Origin: Octopus vulgaris
Lineage: Eukaryota
Reading direction: 5' to 3'
Assembly (NCBI GenBank): GCA_951406725.2
Contig: OX597817.1
Coordinates: 56,296,001 to 56,360,000 of the forward strand
DNA: 64,000 nt
Shown here: in pieces, positions 29,386-42,306 of the stretch
Layout: the number at the start of each line of letters is the position of its first letter
Numbering within the stretch: the stretch's first letter is position 1
Position numbers and translations under genes: made by a program
Notes under the pieces: model-generated
Told to the model about the DNA's origin: nothing
Database searches by the model: none
What the model saw: the letters and a program-made list of their open reading frames with translations, nothing else

Positions 29386-29974
29386 GTGCCAATGTTACCA
29401 AATTACAACATTTAATAAATTCCTTACTTTTTACTAGTATCAGTTATTAGACTTCAGCATGAACGCGGTCTAATAAATAAAACAGGTAAACGATACATGA
29501 TGTGCTATATATACACAGACTAGCTTAAAAACCACTTTTAAGCATCTGACCCCGAATGGGAAGAACTGCAAACAGATCTCTGTCTTGTTTTGGAGAATTT
29601 GTTGCAATTACTTCCTCTCGAGTCATATCCCAACAAAAATCATATTTGTCGCAAAAAAATCATTAAAAAAAATCGCACAAGACAATCTGAGTAATGAAAA
29701 GATAGGAATCCAAAATTTCAGAATTGTGGGCCCGGATTCAGCCTGGAATGTTTTTAATTTACTCATGGAGTTAGCCTTTAGATTATAAAAATTGTTATCG
29801 TGTAAAAAGAAATGTCGCAAAATGTTACGTTAAAAATCGTTGAAAACAATCACTAATGAAAACTTGGGGATCCAAAATTTTAGGATTGTGGGTTCGGGTT
29901 CGGCCCGGGATGTTTTTAATTTACTCACTGGGTCAGATCGATTCCAAAGTGGTATGATATGTTGGGTTATGGCC

Positions 29975-30265
29975 TCTAGGAGTAAATGTGTCTGCTAGAA
30001 TTATAAGACGATAATTTTCTACGGTCGAACGATCGATATCAACCTGTACCCCGAGCAGCAGGAGCGAATGTATGCCATTGTGCAGCAAAAACACCCTGGC
30101 ATGGGTTAAAAGAAAGCAAGCTCTTCAGCAGCAAGACACTTCAAGACCCTATATCGTTCGAACGACTCGGAATATACTTCAGGAAATTTAGCCGTGAGGG
30201 TGTCGCCATCTATAATCGAACTGGGATCACATCCAACATAGAGCCTTGCCCTAGCTCCATCAGCT
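29975..30265 (+). mobile_element. mariner transposase remnant, same family as 59385-59910
   Basis: Nucleotide similarity to 59390-59660 (AACCTGTAC.CCGA.C.GC.GGAGCG.ATGTATGCCATTGT.CAG) and an HPT*SLALAPS motif. Confidence 0.75.
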
Positions 30266-32067
30266 TCTTGTTTAGTTCATAGTCTTAACTGTGGCTTTAT
30301 TGAGTTAACAATATTTACACAATATATGAGAGAGAGACAGGGACAGAGAGAGATAGAGAGAGAGGGGGGAGAGAGAGGAAGGGAGAGAGGGAGAGAGAGA
30401 GAAGAGGGGCGGTGGAAGAAGAATTATTTCTTCGTATCTTTCTCAAAGCGGTAAGTGAGGATTATGGGATATCAACGCAAGTTAACAGAACGACTTTCCT
30501 AAGAAACAGCGTCTATGAGGTTTCCCGATTCGCAAGGTGGAGTTACCAAAACACCTTCAAGACTCATTCTAATGTCTTAGTAAAAGAAAGACATATTGTA
30601 TTTCCCAAGAATCTTATTATCAGTTAATTCGATAAGTAATTAAATAATTAAGTAGATAAATTAATTAATTAATTAATTATTTCTGAAGTCTATTTCGTCA
30701 TTGCCGTGAGGGTGTCGCCATCTATAAGACCATAGGCCATGACGAGAGAACTTTGACAAACCAATTAATCAATGAATGCATTAATAGCTTAATTATCCAA
30801 TTATCCAATTAATTAGGAATATAACTGAAGTGAAATCCAACCCATGTGTGCTTCATTAGCAAAATGATCCTCCCAGAATATAACACTCATACACACGTGT
30901 TAAAACATCATCTGACCTCTAGAGGCATGCAATATATTTTCATAATTAACCAAGCGAATGCCCTCTGACAGTAAACCATACAGCGGTAGTTTCACTCTTA
31001 AACTACATGTATCCCACGATGGACCTAAGTATATCGACAGAAATGTCCTAAATCACAACTTAGTATCATAAAAATGGCAGAACGCATTACAAGATGTTGC
31101 CCTAGATACACTATACCTAGTCCTATCCAGAATGTCTTGAATCATAACTAGACCTATTCAGAATGAGAACTAACCTTCTAAAATAAAATTTATTTCTTAT
31201 ATTCAAATGTATCTTTATCTGCTTTCAGTAAATGCATCGACAATCACCAGTCAGAATCATTGAGGTTTGGCTTCTTTCCAATATCTTTATGTTTAGTGAG
31301 GAATCTTACATCCCCTTTGAATTTATAATTTATATAGTACGAATATCTATATTGCCAGACGGTAGCAAAGAAAAATAAATTGATGAACGAAGTTTAAAAT
31401 ACTCCGAGGTAATACTGCGACGTTTTTATAAAGTTACTTCCCATTCTGCAAAGATATAAACGAAAATAAACTTCTTTATCTCAAAACAACAGATTTGAAA
31501 CACGGGAAAGAAAAGTTACAGGAGTCGCTTTTTCTCACCGGATCTTCGTTCTTTTTCACTATTCTTTTAGATAAAGCAATAAACAAGATGAAATATAGAC
31601 AACAATTTCAAAACAACAAAATTATCTTTTAAGTGTTTCTTAGTAATTTTTTTTTTAAATTGTCACTTTTAAAGATTTATTTAACCTCCGTATTTATTCT
31701 AACAATTTAAATTGTGTCTCACAGTCGTATTATTTGTTCTAATAATCAGAATTTCGTTAACTAACAATAATTATTTGTTCTAACATCGAAACAATTGCAA
31801 GAATAATTCAAATTTTGTTCTGACAAACAAAACACTTCCAGGCAATTATTGTTTATTTTCGCAACTGCGTATTATTTTCATTGTTCAAACGATCGTTTTG
31901 TCTTGCGACGACTATTGTTGGTGGCAGTGTAATTCGTGTTTAATTTTATGAATTCTACAAAGAACACCGCTCCGCCGCACTCTGGTGTTAACTCTCAAGT
32001 GTGTTGCATTACATGTCTAGCAGTTTCACGTTCAACACACACACATAAATATATATATACATACATA

Positions 32068-32103
<36 letters not shown>

Positions 32104-32172
32104 CATAGATATTTATATACATGCATACTTACATATATATATATGAGTGTGTGTGTGTGTGTGTGTGTGTGT

Positions 32173-32450
32173 GGAGGCGCAATGGCCCAGTGGTTCGAGT
32201 AGTGGACTCGCGGTCGTAGGATCGCGGTTTCGATTCCCAGACCGGGTGCTGTGAGTGTTTATTGAGCGAAAACACTTAAAAGTTCCACGAGGCTCCGGCA
32301 GGGGGTGGTGATCCCTGCTGTACTCTTTCACCACTCCTTCTTCTGTTGGCCTGCTCGCTTAGCCAGCGGGATGGCGTCATTCGAAGGCTAAAACAATGCG
32401 AAGCGCATTGTGACCAGCGACGTGTAGCAACATCTGATGGTGTGGTCGGT

Positions 32451-32458
<8 letters not shown>
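32173..32458 (+). mobile_element. tRNA-derived SINE family D (tail type 1)
   Basis: GGAGGCGCAATGGCCCAGTGG (A box) ... GGTTTCGATTCCC (B box); head and body homologous to 55190-55363. Confidence 0.85.
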
Positions 32459-32481
<23 letters not shown>

Positions 32482-32853
32482 CATACATACATACATACAC
32501 ATATACATATACAGAACAAATTGCACGAAAATTATGTTGAATTTGGGTTATTCTGTTCTCCATTGACTAAAGAATGAGAGGGGGTTCCTAGAGATTTTCT
32601 TGTGTTTGTCTCATGCATACAAATGTATCTGCACTACTGAGGTACGTAGAAAATATACCTCCTGTACTCACGCATCTAGATTTTGTTTATATATTTATAA
32701 AGAAGGAACCAATATATGGCTTTGTGTTCGTGTGCCTGTGGTTGTATATGCTTGCGAAGACAATTATATGCGTATGTGACCAAATTCTTTATCTTCTTCT
32801 TCTTCTTCTTCTTCTTCTTCTTCTTCTTCTTCTTCTTCTTCTTCTTCTTCTTC

Positions 32854-32901
<48 letters not shown>

Positions 32902-32930
32902 GCCATCATCGTCATCATTATTTTTATCAC

Positions 32931-32972
<42 letters not shown>

Positions 32973-32976
<4 letters not shown>

Positions 32977-33461
32977 TAGTTTTATTTTTATAGCGTGCAT
33001 TCATTTCACTACCGAGCGCAGCTCTGTGTGCCTTGGGTATGTGCTGTGATTTGTTGTGATGCTCTGATGGTTATTGTATGGAAAGTGTTCTGTGTAGGAT
33101 GTGTGCGGGGCCTAGTAGTCCAATTTTCTGTATGTTATATGTGTTTGTAAGTCCTGGTGTTTTTGTTATATATTTGTCTGAATATTTTTTTATCATGCCT
33201 AATGCACCTACTATGATAGGAATTGTTTCTGTTTTCATATTCCACATTCTGGTTACCTCTATTTCCAGGTCTTTGTATTTTGAGAGTTTCTCCATTTCTT
33301 TTAGAGACACGTTGTCATCTGCCGGTATTAATTAATCAATTAGAAAGCATTTTTCTTCTTCATGATCTCTGACAACTATATCTGGCCTGTTGGCCTTAAT
33401 TTCTCTATGTGTGTGTATCGGCATATCCCAGAGTATGGTTGCTTTCTCGTTTTCTGTGACC
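32973..33461 (-). mobile_element. Dong/R4 3' fragment, same family as 25511-26226
   Basis: KVTENEKATILWDMPIHTHREIKANRPDIVV...EKLSKYKDLEIEVTRMW and a near-identical 3' UTR; (TAA)n on both sides. Confidence 0.92.
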
Positions 33462-33479
33462 TTATTATTATTATTATTA

Positions 33480-33549
<70 letters not shown>

Positions 33550-33562
33550 GATTATTATTTAT

Positions 33563-34056
33563 TGTCATTGCACAGCTTCTAACGCTGGAGATGTACCACA
33601 GTGTCAGCTGTTCACTACCAGTGAACTAAGGTAACACCCCTATTTTTCGAGCACCTTCCGGAGTATTAGAGTGGTTCCAAGCAGTGTTGTTTTCTGCAAG
33701 TGCTCCACCCTTATTGCATCCCTTATTTGTTCCATGTACTTCTCAAGATTTTTACTCACTGCTCCCAGGGCTCCAACAATTATTAGTACTACTACCACCT
33801 TTTTTCATCGACCACAACTGTTTAACCTCCCAAGCTAACTTGTCATATTTATCGACTTTTCTTTCTTCGTTATCGAATACCTTGTTGTCAGCTGGGCATG
33901 CTATATCTATTATCCAGCACCGTTTGCTTTCTTTCTCAATTAAGACTATGTATGGCTTCCGATTCTCTATCTCATGGTCGCACTCTTAATCATAAAATGC
34001 CACAGAATCTTTGCATTATCATTTTCGATGATGCCTTCGGTTTTGTGGTCTTACCA

Positions 34057-34057
<1 letters not shown>
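33563..34057 (-). mobile_element. Dong/R4 3' fragment of a second, divergent family
   Basis: Minus-strand translation ACPADNKV..EERKVDKYDKLAWEVKQLWSMKK..IIVGALGAVSKNL..LQKTTLLGTTLILRKVL; (TAA)n on both sides. Confidence 0.8.
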
Positions 34058-34137
<80 letters not shown>

Positions 34138-34152
34138 CATTATTATTATTGA

Positions 34153-34335
34153 AGGCGGTGAGTTGGCAGCATTGCTCACTCATCGGAAAAATATTCAGCG
34201 GCATTTCGTCCGTTTTTACGTTCTGAGTTCAAATTCCGCCAAGGTCAACTTTGCTTTTTATTCCTTTCAGGGCCGATGTAATCGATTAACCCCCTCCCTT
34301 CAAATATCAGGGCTTGTGCCTATAGCAGAAATTAT
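34153..34335 (+). mobile_element. SINE family B copy
   Basis: GGCGGTGAGTTGGCAG..TTCTGAGTTCAAATTCCGCC.AGGTC.ACTTTGC. Confidence 0.8.
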
Positions 34336-34342
34336 AATAAAA

Positions 34343-35155
34343 GAGGAGTGGCGGAGAGGTGCCACGACGTACTCTGCAAGGCTGGGTGCCGACGGAAACG
34401 ATGTAACCAGTCTGTTCCGATGGAGTTTCTGGTCGGGAACTATCAGAGAAAATTTCCAAATGCTTTTGGCCTGCTAGTGCTACCAGGGTGGGGGACGCAA
34501 CCAGTTCGAGATATACTCTACAGGCAGAGATGTGCTGTCAGGTTGGTTTGTCTGAGGAGCGTGCAGAGAGATGAAACCGTTCTGCACGCCCTCGTTCAGT
34601 GTCCGAGCATTGCTGACTTGTGGAGTTATGTCGAACAGCTGTTGTCACATGGGGGACGGATCGTCTATCAGCCGAGTTCATAGTGAAGATTGCCCCGCAG
34701 CCCTCCTTTAATCGGGCAATCAAGATAGTTTTCCTTTGCCTGGTGACTGTCACGATAGAGATTGTCCGGTAGCCGAGGCTAAAAGGCATGAGGACAAATA
34801 TAATCCTCTTCGGTAGAGGTCTCATTAACTTCCTCAAGTTTCACTTGAAAAGGAAATTGAGGATGGAGAGAGAAGTACTGCCCTCGAGTGAGTTTATTGA
34901 AAAATGAGCGGAAGTTGCGAAAATGGCAAGAGTGGATGGTATCTCTCTAAGTGTAGACCAGTCAGTCGGAGAAAGGGGATTGGAGAGGACACTCGCTCCT
35001 GGTGTTCAGGGAGACCTTGGACAATGGGGTTACTCAGTTATCCCTAGAGTTCATCCTGTATCAGGAGGACCATATTTCTTTCACCACCCCACCATTTTTT
35101 TAACGTTTGTAATACTATGCATATTTCCATTTCTTTTCATTGTATATCGCGTTTA
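34343..35155 (+). mobile_element. Tx1 ORF2 3' fragment (degenerate relative of 16214-16870)
   Basis: DETVLHALVQCPSIADLWSYVEQLLS versus DETVLHRLVHCPDISELWTFVE; FHLKRKLRMER versus YHLKRRMRIER. Confidence 0.85.
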
Positions 35156-35184
35156 CTTTTTATTATTATTATTATTATTATTAC

Positions 35185-35238
<54 letters not shown>

Positions 35239-35342
35239 CATTATTATTATTATTGTTGTTGTTGTTGTTATTATTGTTATTATTATTATTATTATTATTA
35301 TTGTTGTTGTTGTGGTTGTTGTTATTATTATAATTGTTGTTG

Positions 35343-35394
<52 letters not shown>

Positions 35395-36559
35395 TATTAT
35401 TATTATTATTATTATTATTATCATCATCATCATCATTATTATTATCATTATTATTCGGAGGAGGAGGAGAAGAAGAAGAAGAAGAAGAAGAAGAAATTTT
35501 CGACTTCCAATAATATATAAATACTCTAATTTATGTATTGAGTTCGATTTCCACATTTTTTTGAGCGCGTTTGCATGTGAGCATGTATGTATACACGTGT
35601 ATGTGTGTGTGTATGCGTTTGTGTGTAAATATACATTTGTAAAACTCTACTGCGATGAAGGTAAAAATGTATAGATTTTCGACAATTTCTTTAATGCCAT
35701 TAGACGGAAAAGGAAATCCAATAGCGTAACCATTTCCTTTGAACTTTGAAGTCGATATCAATAATTTCACTCTGAATATTGCTACTGATTCTAGAAAGGA
35801 GATCGAACACTTAGTCCGTCTTTCTTTCTTGCATTTCGACAGTGATGGCTGTTTCAGTTACTCGAAGCGAATAGTTAAGAATTGGTGGTTTATTTTGATG
35901 TCATCTTTTGCTAGAGGCCGCAATCGGGATGTGTGTCACAATGTTGCGCCATGAAATTCTGTGACACTTATTAGCTTTGGTAGAGCCAAGGAGCGTTTTT
36001 TGTGGTCGATTGGACCCTTGTGGCAGTAAGAACCAAAATTTCCTTCAATCCATATCCTATTTTCTTGAAAAGTGAATGATAAACTAGAAGAGGATGAGGA
36101 GGAGGAGGAGGTGGTGGAAGAAGAAGAAGAAGAAGAAGAAGAAGAAGGTGATGATGATGATGATGATGATGATGATGTTGATGATGATGATGCCGCTGAT
36201 GGTAATGATGTAGCTTTTACGTTTTCAAGTTCCAATAAATTGTAAATGCTCTAATGTATGTGCTGAGTTCGATTTCCTTTGTTTTTGAGATTTCCGCAGT
36301 TTTTTTAATAAGTGGAATATTTGGAAGGCCTTTAAACAGAGCTTTACTGGCTCACAGTTGTTTCTGAAGCAGTCACAGCGACAACAATCAACGACTATTT
36401 AGATTAAGGACACAAAGCAAAAGATTATATTTCTGTATCTTTATTACTTCCACAGACAATTTGCCCAACACCGAATCATGGAGATTTTGTCTATGATTCT
36501 ATGAACCGTAAAAATTAATGCAGAGAGTTGCTTATTTGCAAAAAAATGTGACTTCATTG

Positions 36560-36840
36560 ACCGAGGTTACCGTGGTCTTTTCTGTAGGCTTTTTTTTCCA
36601 CGGGTAAACCTCACCTGTCCTCCCCTTTACACTTCATATTGACATTTCTGTGATAACGATCCCTATTGATCAATCCCCCCCCTTTTTTTATTTTATCCTA
36701 CCCATTTTTGTCCTCTTTCTTTCCTTTTACGATCCCTTTTGATCGAAAACCAAACCCACTTTTTTTACCCCCAAAAGAAAAGCTATACCTTGTAATTTGT
36801 CCTGTCTGTGTGCAGCCCTGTGTGGCTAATAAAGAAACAT
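36560..36840 (+). mobile_element. Tx1 3' UTR-only copy followed by (TATC)n
   Basis: Shares GAGGT.ACC.TGGTC.TTT.TGTAGG, GATCCCTATTGATC and AGCCCTGTGTGGC..AATAAA with the reverse complement of 15975-16215. Confidence 0.8.
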
Positions 36841-37078
36841 ATCTGTCTGTCTATCTAGCTATCTATCTGTCTATCTATCTTTCTATCTATCTGTTTATCT
36901 ATCAATCTTTCTATCAATTTATCTATCTATTTATCTGTCTATCTATCTATCTGTCTATCTATTTTTCTATCTATCTATCTATCTATCTGTTTATCTATCT
37001 ATCCATCTATCTATCTATTTATCTGTCTATCTATCTATCTGACTGTCTGTCTATCTATATATCTGTCTGTCTGTCTAT

Positions 37079-37160
<82 letters not shown>

Positions 37161-37786
37161 ATCTGTTAGACTGTCTACCTAAGTATCTCTCTATATCTAA
37201 GAATTTTTGTATTTCCTAACGATATTCCTCATCCCCATCTTCCATTCATCTCTTCTTCATTTATCTTCCGCCGCTCCCTCCCACCAACTCTCCCTTTCCT
37301 CGCCTCACAGCCTGTCTCACTCACACTCAAACACGCCCCTCTCCCTATTTCCTTCCCATCACCGTGTGTCACGCTCTCCTCAAGAATATAATATAAATGG
37401 TATCTAGTTCTCTAGAACTATTTCACAAAGCCAATCTACCAGCTGCCGCCTAATTAGACGCTCCATGGAATAGATTAGCACTCTTCACAAACTCTCACCC
37501 ACCACCACCACCACCAACAACAACAACCCTTCTATCACCTTTCATTGTCTATCAAGCGCACGCGCGCAGACACGTATATAGAAGATGCACACACACGTAC
37601 AGCTATATACATATGGAAGACCTGCTGCGGGCGCCGACAAACGTAGAGATGTGGGAAGTTTATATACGTGTGTGTGTGTGTGTGTGTGTTAGTCTATCAT
37701 CATGAAGACGAATAGACGATCGATCGATCAATATTACCACTGAAAGGATATATCTACATATATCTACATATATACCAACGTTGTTG

Positions 37787-37844
<58 letters not shown>

Positions 37845-38030
37845 GTATGTATATGTATATATAGTTGGAATTTACAAGCAAAGGACGAAAACGGGTGTGT
37901 AAAGACCAAACAGATGTATTAGTTTAACGCTCGGGAAGTGTGAAAGACTTTTACGTTTCGAACCTACGCTCTTCTACAGAAAGGAACACAGAAATAAACA
38001 GGGAGAGAAAATATAATATACATATATATA

Positions 38031-38074
<44 letters not shown>

Positions 38075-38929
38075 CCAACAACGTGCCATAAACCAGTATA
38101 AGAAAACCTTTTCAGTGGAATCTCGTGCAATGCGATTACGGCCACAACGGGGTTCCAGTTTTAGCATGATGCATCTAAGGCTACAAGCTTTCTCAACAGA
38201 CTCAGGTAAACCAAAACGATTTTCGCAAATAGCTTCATGCAAGCTGGTTGGAGAGTTCCTTCCTCTCCTCATTGTTGATTTAAAACCACGACATGACCTC
38301 TGCGTTACATTTTCAGAGTCAACTCTGTCGCACGCATTCTAACATGTTCTTTGATCTGAGTGTAACATCTTTGTTCTCTCACTCCAGTCTTAGAGATTCT
38401 GAGAAGCGCCTTCGGTGCCGCCTTGTCTTCTTCATATCAGGTCACCGAGTGCAAACATCGATTCGGTTTTGAATGTTTTAAAGAATATCTGAATTAAGGA
38501 TAATGCCTCTTAGTTTCTAAAGACTTCTGAGAATTGAGGTTGTAAAGGAGAAAGAATCCACGTCGTTTTTGCAGCCGATAACGATGTTGTGGTTGTTGTT
38601 GTTGTTGTTGTTGTTGTTGTCATTTTTGTTGTTGTTGTTGATAACGATGATGATGATGGTGGTGGTGTTGGTGGTGGTGGTTTTTGTTTACACTGAGGTT
38701 AGAATCAAGCAGGATTGATAACATGCTTTCCAGCCGTGCCTCTCACATCTTGTAATCTGTTACTGACTCCATAATTCTAGACATATGATAACGGGGTAAA
38801 CGACACCTGCGTGGTCACAAGTGAAACATATTTTGACCTGAGGTCATTTTTATCATCAACAACATCATCAATGTCACCAGTCCAAATAGTGCTGCTAACA
38901 CAAGCACAAACATAACCACCAAAAACACC

Positions 38930-39747
38930 AGCGAACCAACCACTGGCCAACGAAGCAACCACTGGCTAACGAACCAAGGAACCAACCACTGACCAACGAA
39001 CCAACCACTGAACAACGAACCAACCACTGGCTATCGAACCAACCACTGACCAACGAACTAACCACTGAACAACGAACCAACCGCTGGCTATCGAACCAAC
39101 CACTGACCAACGAACTAACCACTGAACAACGAACCAACCGCTGGCTATCGAACCAACCACTGACCAACGAACTAACCACTGAACAACGAACCAACCACTG
39201 ACCAACGAACCAACCACTGACCAACGAACCAACCACTGACCAACGAACCAACCACCGGCTATCGAACCAACCACTGACCAACGAACCAACCACTGAACAA
39301 CGAACCAACCACTGGCTATCGAATCAACCACTGACCAACGAACCAACCACTGGCTATCGAATCAACCACTGACCAACGAGTCAACCACTGAACAACGAAC
39401 CAACCATTGACCAACGAACCAACCACTGACCAACGAACCAACCACTGGCTATCGAATCAACCACTGGCTATCGAACCAACCACTGACCAACGAACAAACC
39501 ACTGACCAACGAACTAACCACTGAACAACGAACTAACCACTGACCAACTAACTAACCACTGAACAACGAACCAACCACTGTCCAACGAACCAACCATTGA
39601 CCAACAAACCAACCACTGACCAACGATCAACCACTGAACAACGAACTAACCACTGGCTATCGAACCAACCACTGACCAACGAACCAACCACTGAACAACG
39701 AACCAACCACTGAACAACGAATCAACCACTGAACAACGAACCAACCA
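38930..39747. repeat. 19-bp minisatellite (CCACTGACCAACGAACCAA and variants), about 40 units
   Basis: Variants CTGAACAA, CTGGCTAT and CTGACCAA; a 57-bp higher-order unit occurs three times at about 39005-39175. Confidence 0.95.
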
Positions 39748-40274
39748 GGCAGCCTTTATGATACCTACAAGAAATATAAACTAAATCTTCCTCAAATTAC
39801 ATCTTACTGCTTGGTGAAAAAGGAGAGACTGCAGACTATCGGATAGTCCAATATGATGGGCACGGGAGGAATAATATTGATTGTCGGTTTTCTAGATCGG
39901 GAGAGGAATGAGGGCCATTGCACAATTATAAAACAGCAACAAAAAATGTCGTCCATAATTAGTTTGTTTTCTGATTTATTTATCTTTTTTTAAATATTAT
40001 TTCATCAATAAACAATTTTAATTAAATATTTATCTATTGATAATTCATTGGTCTGAAATAGAGGAGTTTTATTAATTTCTCCTCTCTCTCTCTCTCTCTT
40101 TCTCTCTCCCTCTCTTTCTATCATCCTTTCTCTTTCTTCCTCTCCTTCTATCACCTTTTCTCTCCCGCACACTCTGTCCTTCCATTCAACTTAAGGCACA
40201 CAAACGCACATACGTACATACACATACATACAAACAACCACTCTCTCTGTATATATGTGTCTATTGTGCGTACG

Positions 40275-40361
<87 letters not shown>

Positions 40362-40648
40362 ATGCATGTATGCATACGTTTATGTTCATGTATGTGTATA
40401 TAAATATGTGTTTACATATATGTCCATTTTATATATACAAACGCAGAAAGAAATAGTGGGAGCGCAGGAAAGCAAGATATATGTATATACAACATATACG
40501 TGTATGTGCAGGTCTTTATGTATGTATGCATATATGTACGTATGTATGTATGTATGTATGTATATATGTATGCATATATGTATGTATACAATACAGGGTA
40601 TAAAACGTATTTGTCTTTGTAATCGCTTGTGTGTGTTTGTATATATAT

Positions 40649-40701
<53 letters not shown>

Positions 40702-40713
40702 CATATGCATATA

Positions 40714-40765
<52 letters not shown>

Positions 40766-40843
40766 TATACATATACATATATATATATATGATAAAATGA
40801 TTAACTTTATATCTTTCTTTCTCTCTCTCTCTCTCTCTCTCTC

Positions 40844-40879
<36 letters not shown>

Positions 40880-41205
40880 AAACTCACTTTCCACTTCAAA
40901 ATCATTCTCCATACTGTTTTAGCGATTTGTTTTAATGATGTCAATGCTTCGTTGAATATTCAAGAATTGTTTTCACTTAATGCAACCCGCCATATTTCTT
41001 TGCTCTAGAATCTGTAATAATTTTATGATTGTTATTATTTGTATTGTTATTATTATTATTCAGATTACTAAAACCGGTGGGCGCCGGAAACGTTATAAAG
41101 CGACGGACAAAATGATTCGTGGTGTTATTTAAGTCCTGCAGCGTTCAGAGTTCAAATTCTGGGATGTTACATAAAATGCAAAATCTTTCTAGAATTGAAT
41201 GTTGA

Positions 41206-41236
<31 letters not shown>

Positions 41237-41494
41237 CATACATACATACATACATACATACATACATACATACATACAAACATACATGTACACACACACA
41301 TATATACATATGTCTATATATATTTATATTGCTAAATATTGATCGCTAAATCTCCAAGTTTTCTTATACTCGCTTTGTTTATTTTCTCATTCTTTCCTGT
41401 TGAAGAGCGTACGCTCGAAACATGAAAGACTTTTTCAGTTTCCCTGCTTTTTGTTCATACACCTGTCTTCGTCCTTTGTTTTTCTGTAAATTTC

Positions 41495-41545
<51 letters not shown>

Positions 41546-41599
41546 AATTACCAATGAAAGGGGAAGACAAAGAAAATTCTTTAACACATCTTTACTTAT

Positions 41600-41717
41600 A
41601 AGTTACAAATGTTTCCGTATCATCTCCATATGAAATGCCTGTTTACGCAAAAACTCTAAATGAAAATTCACTTAATATTTGCGGTTTTAGGCACTGTAGA
41701 GGCATTTCATCAGACTT
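41600..41717 (-). ncRNA. Type I hammerhead-like motif with enlarged/branched stem II region
   Basis: AAGT-CTGATGA-AATGCCT...AGGCATT-tcatatggagatgatacg-GAAA-CA-tt-TG-TA|ACTT. Stems I and III pair; the stem II junction is non-standard. Confidence 0.5.
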
Positions 41718-41970
41718 GCATCAAAGGTGTGTTATTACATTTGTGCGTCCTTCAGACATTGGTGCTAGGAAAATATCGGGAGGAAATTAAAAAAAAAAAT
41801 AAGTGTGGATGCAGGATGAGTATGTGGGGGTAGATATTATGTGTGATGTGGGTGGAGTTAAGAGGGTGGATACCTATAATGACAGGAGGGAGAAAGAGAA
41901 TGAGGAAGAAAACGATCAAGAAAAGACGAAAGTGGAGAAGAGGAAGAGAGAGGAGAAGAATATATATATG

Positions 41971-42008
<38 letters not shown>

Positions 42009-42041
42009 TGAGAAAGTTGATGTGTGAAAGCACGTGGTTGA

Positions 42042-42294
42042 ATATATAGAAAATAGTAAAAAGTGAAAAAAACTACAGAAGGCTTGTTTTAAAAGGTTAA
42101 AAAATATATATTTGAGTCAATATGTCTGAAGAATGTTATAAATTTTTTTCATACAATGACATAATTTTTGAAGAAATGACCGGTTTCGCGTTCAGCTTTT
42201 CAAATTTCTTACATCGTTGACTCAAATATATATTTTTTAACCTTTTAAAACAAGCCTTCTGTAGTTTTTTCACTTTTTACTATTTTCTATATAT
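42042..42294. repeat. About 78-bp near-perfect inverted repeat with a 96-bp spacer holding a degenerate minimal HHR (PLE-type inverted end)
   Basis: Arms at 42042-42120 and 42217-42294. Minus strand 42171-42210: AAGAAAT-TTGAAAA-GC-tgaac-GC-GAAA-CCGG-TC|ATTTCTT. Confidence 0.85.
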
Positions 42295-42306
42295 ATATAT
42301 ATATAA

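Noticed and set aside
32173-32245. tRNA-like heads (also 24507 and 55290-55363) as true tRNA genes
   Set aside because: Imperfect cloverleaf, and they continue directly into SINE bodies.
37395-37460. Palindrome TAGTTCTCTAGAACTA plus a CCAAT box as a heat-shock promoter
   Set aside because: Spacing does not match nGAAn arrays and no gene is linked.
38895-39346. Repetitive WLVRWSVVGS ORFs; CRISPR-like appearance
   Set aside because: 19-bp tandem minisatellite with no unique spacers and no cas genes.
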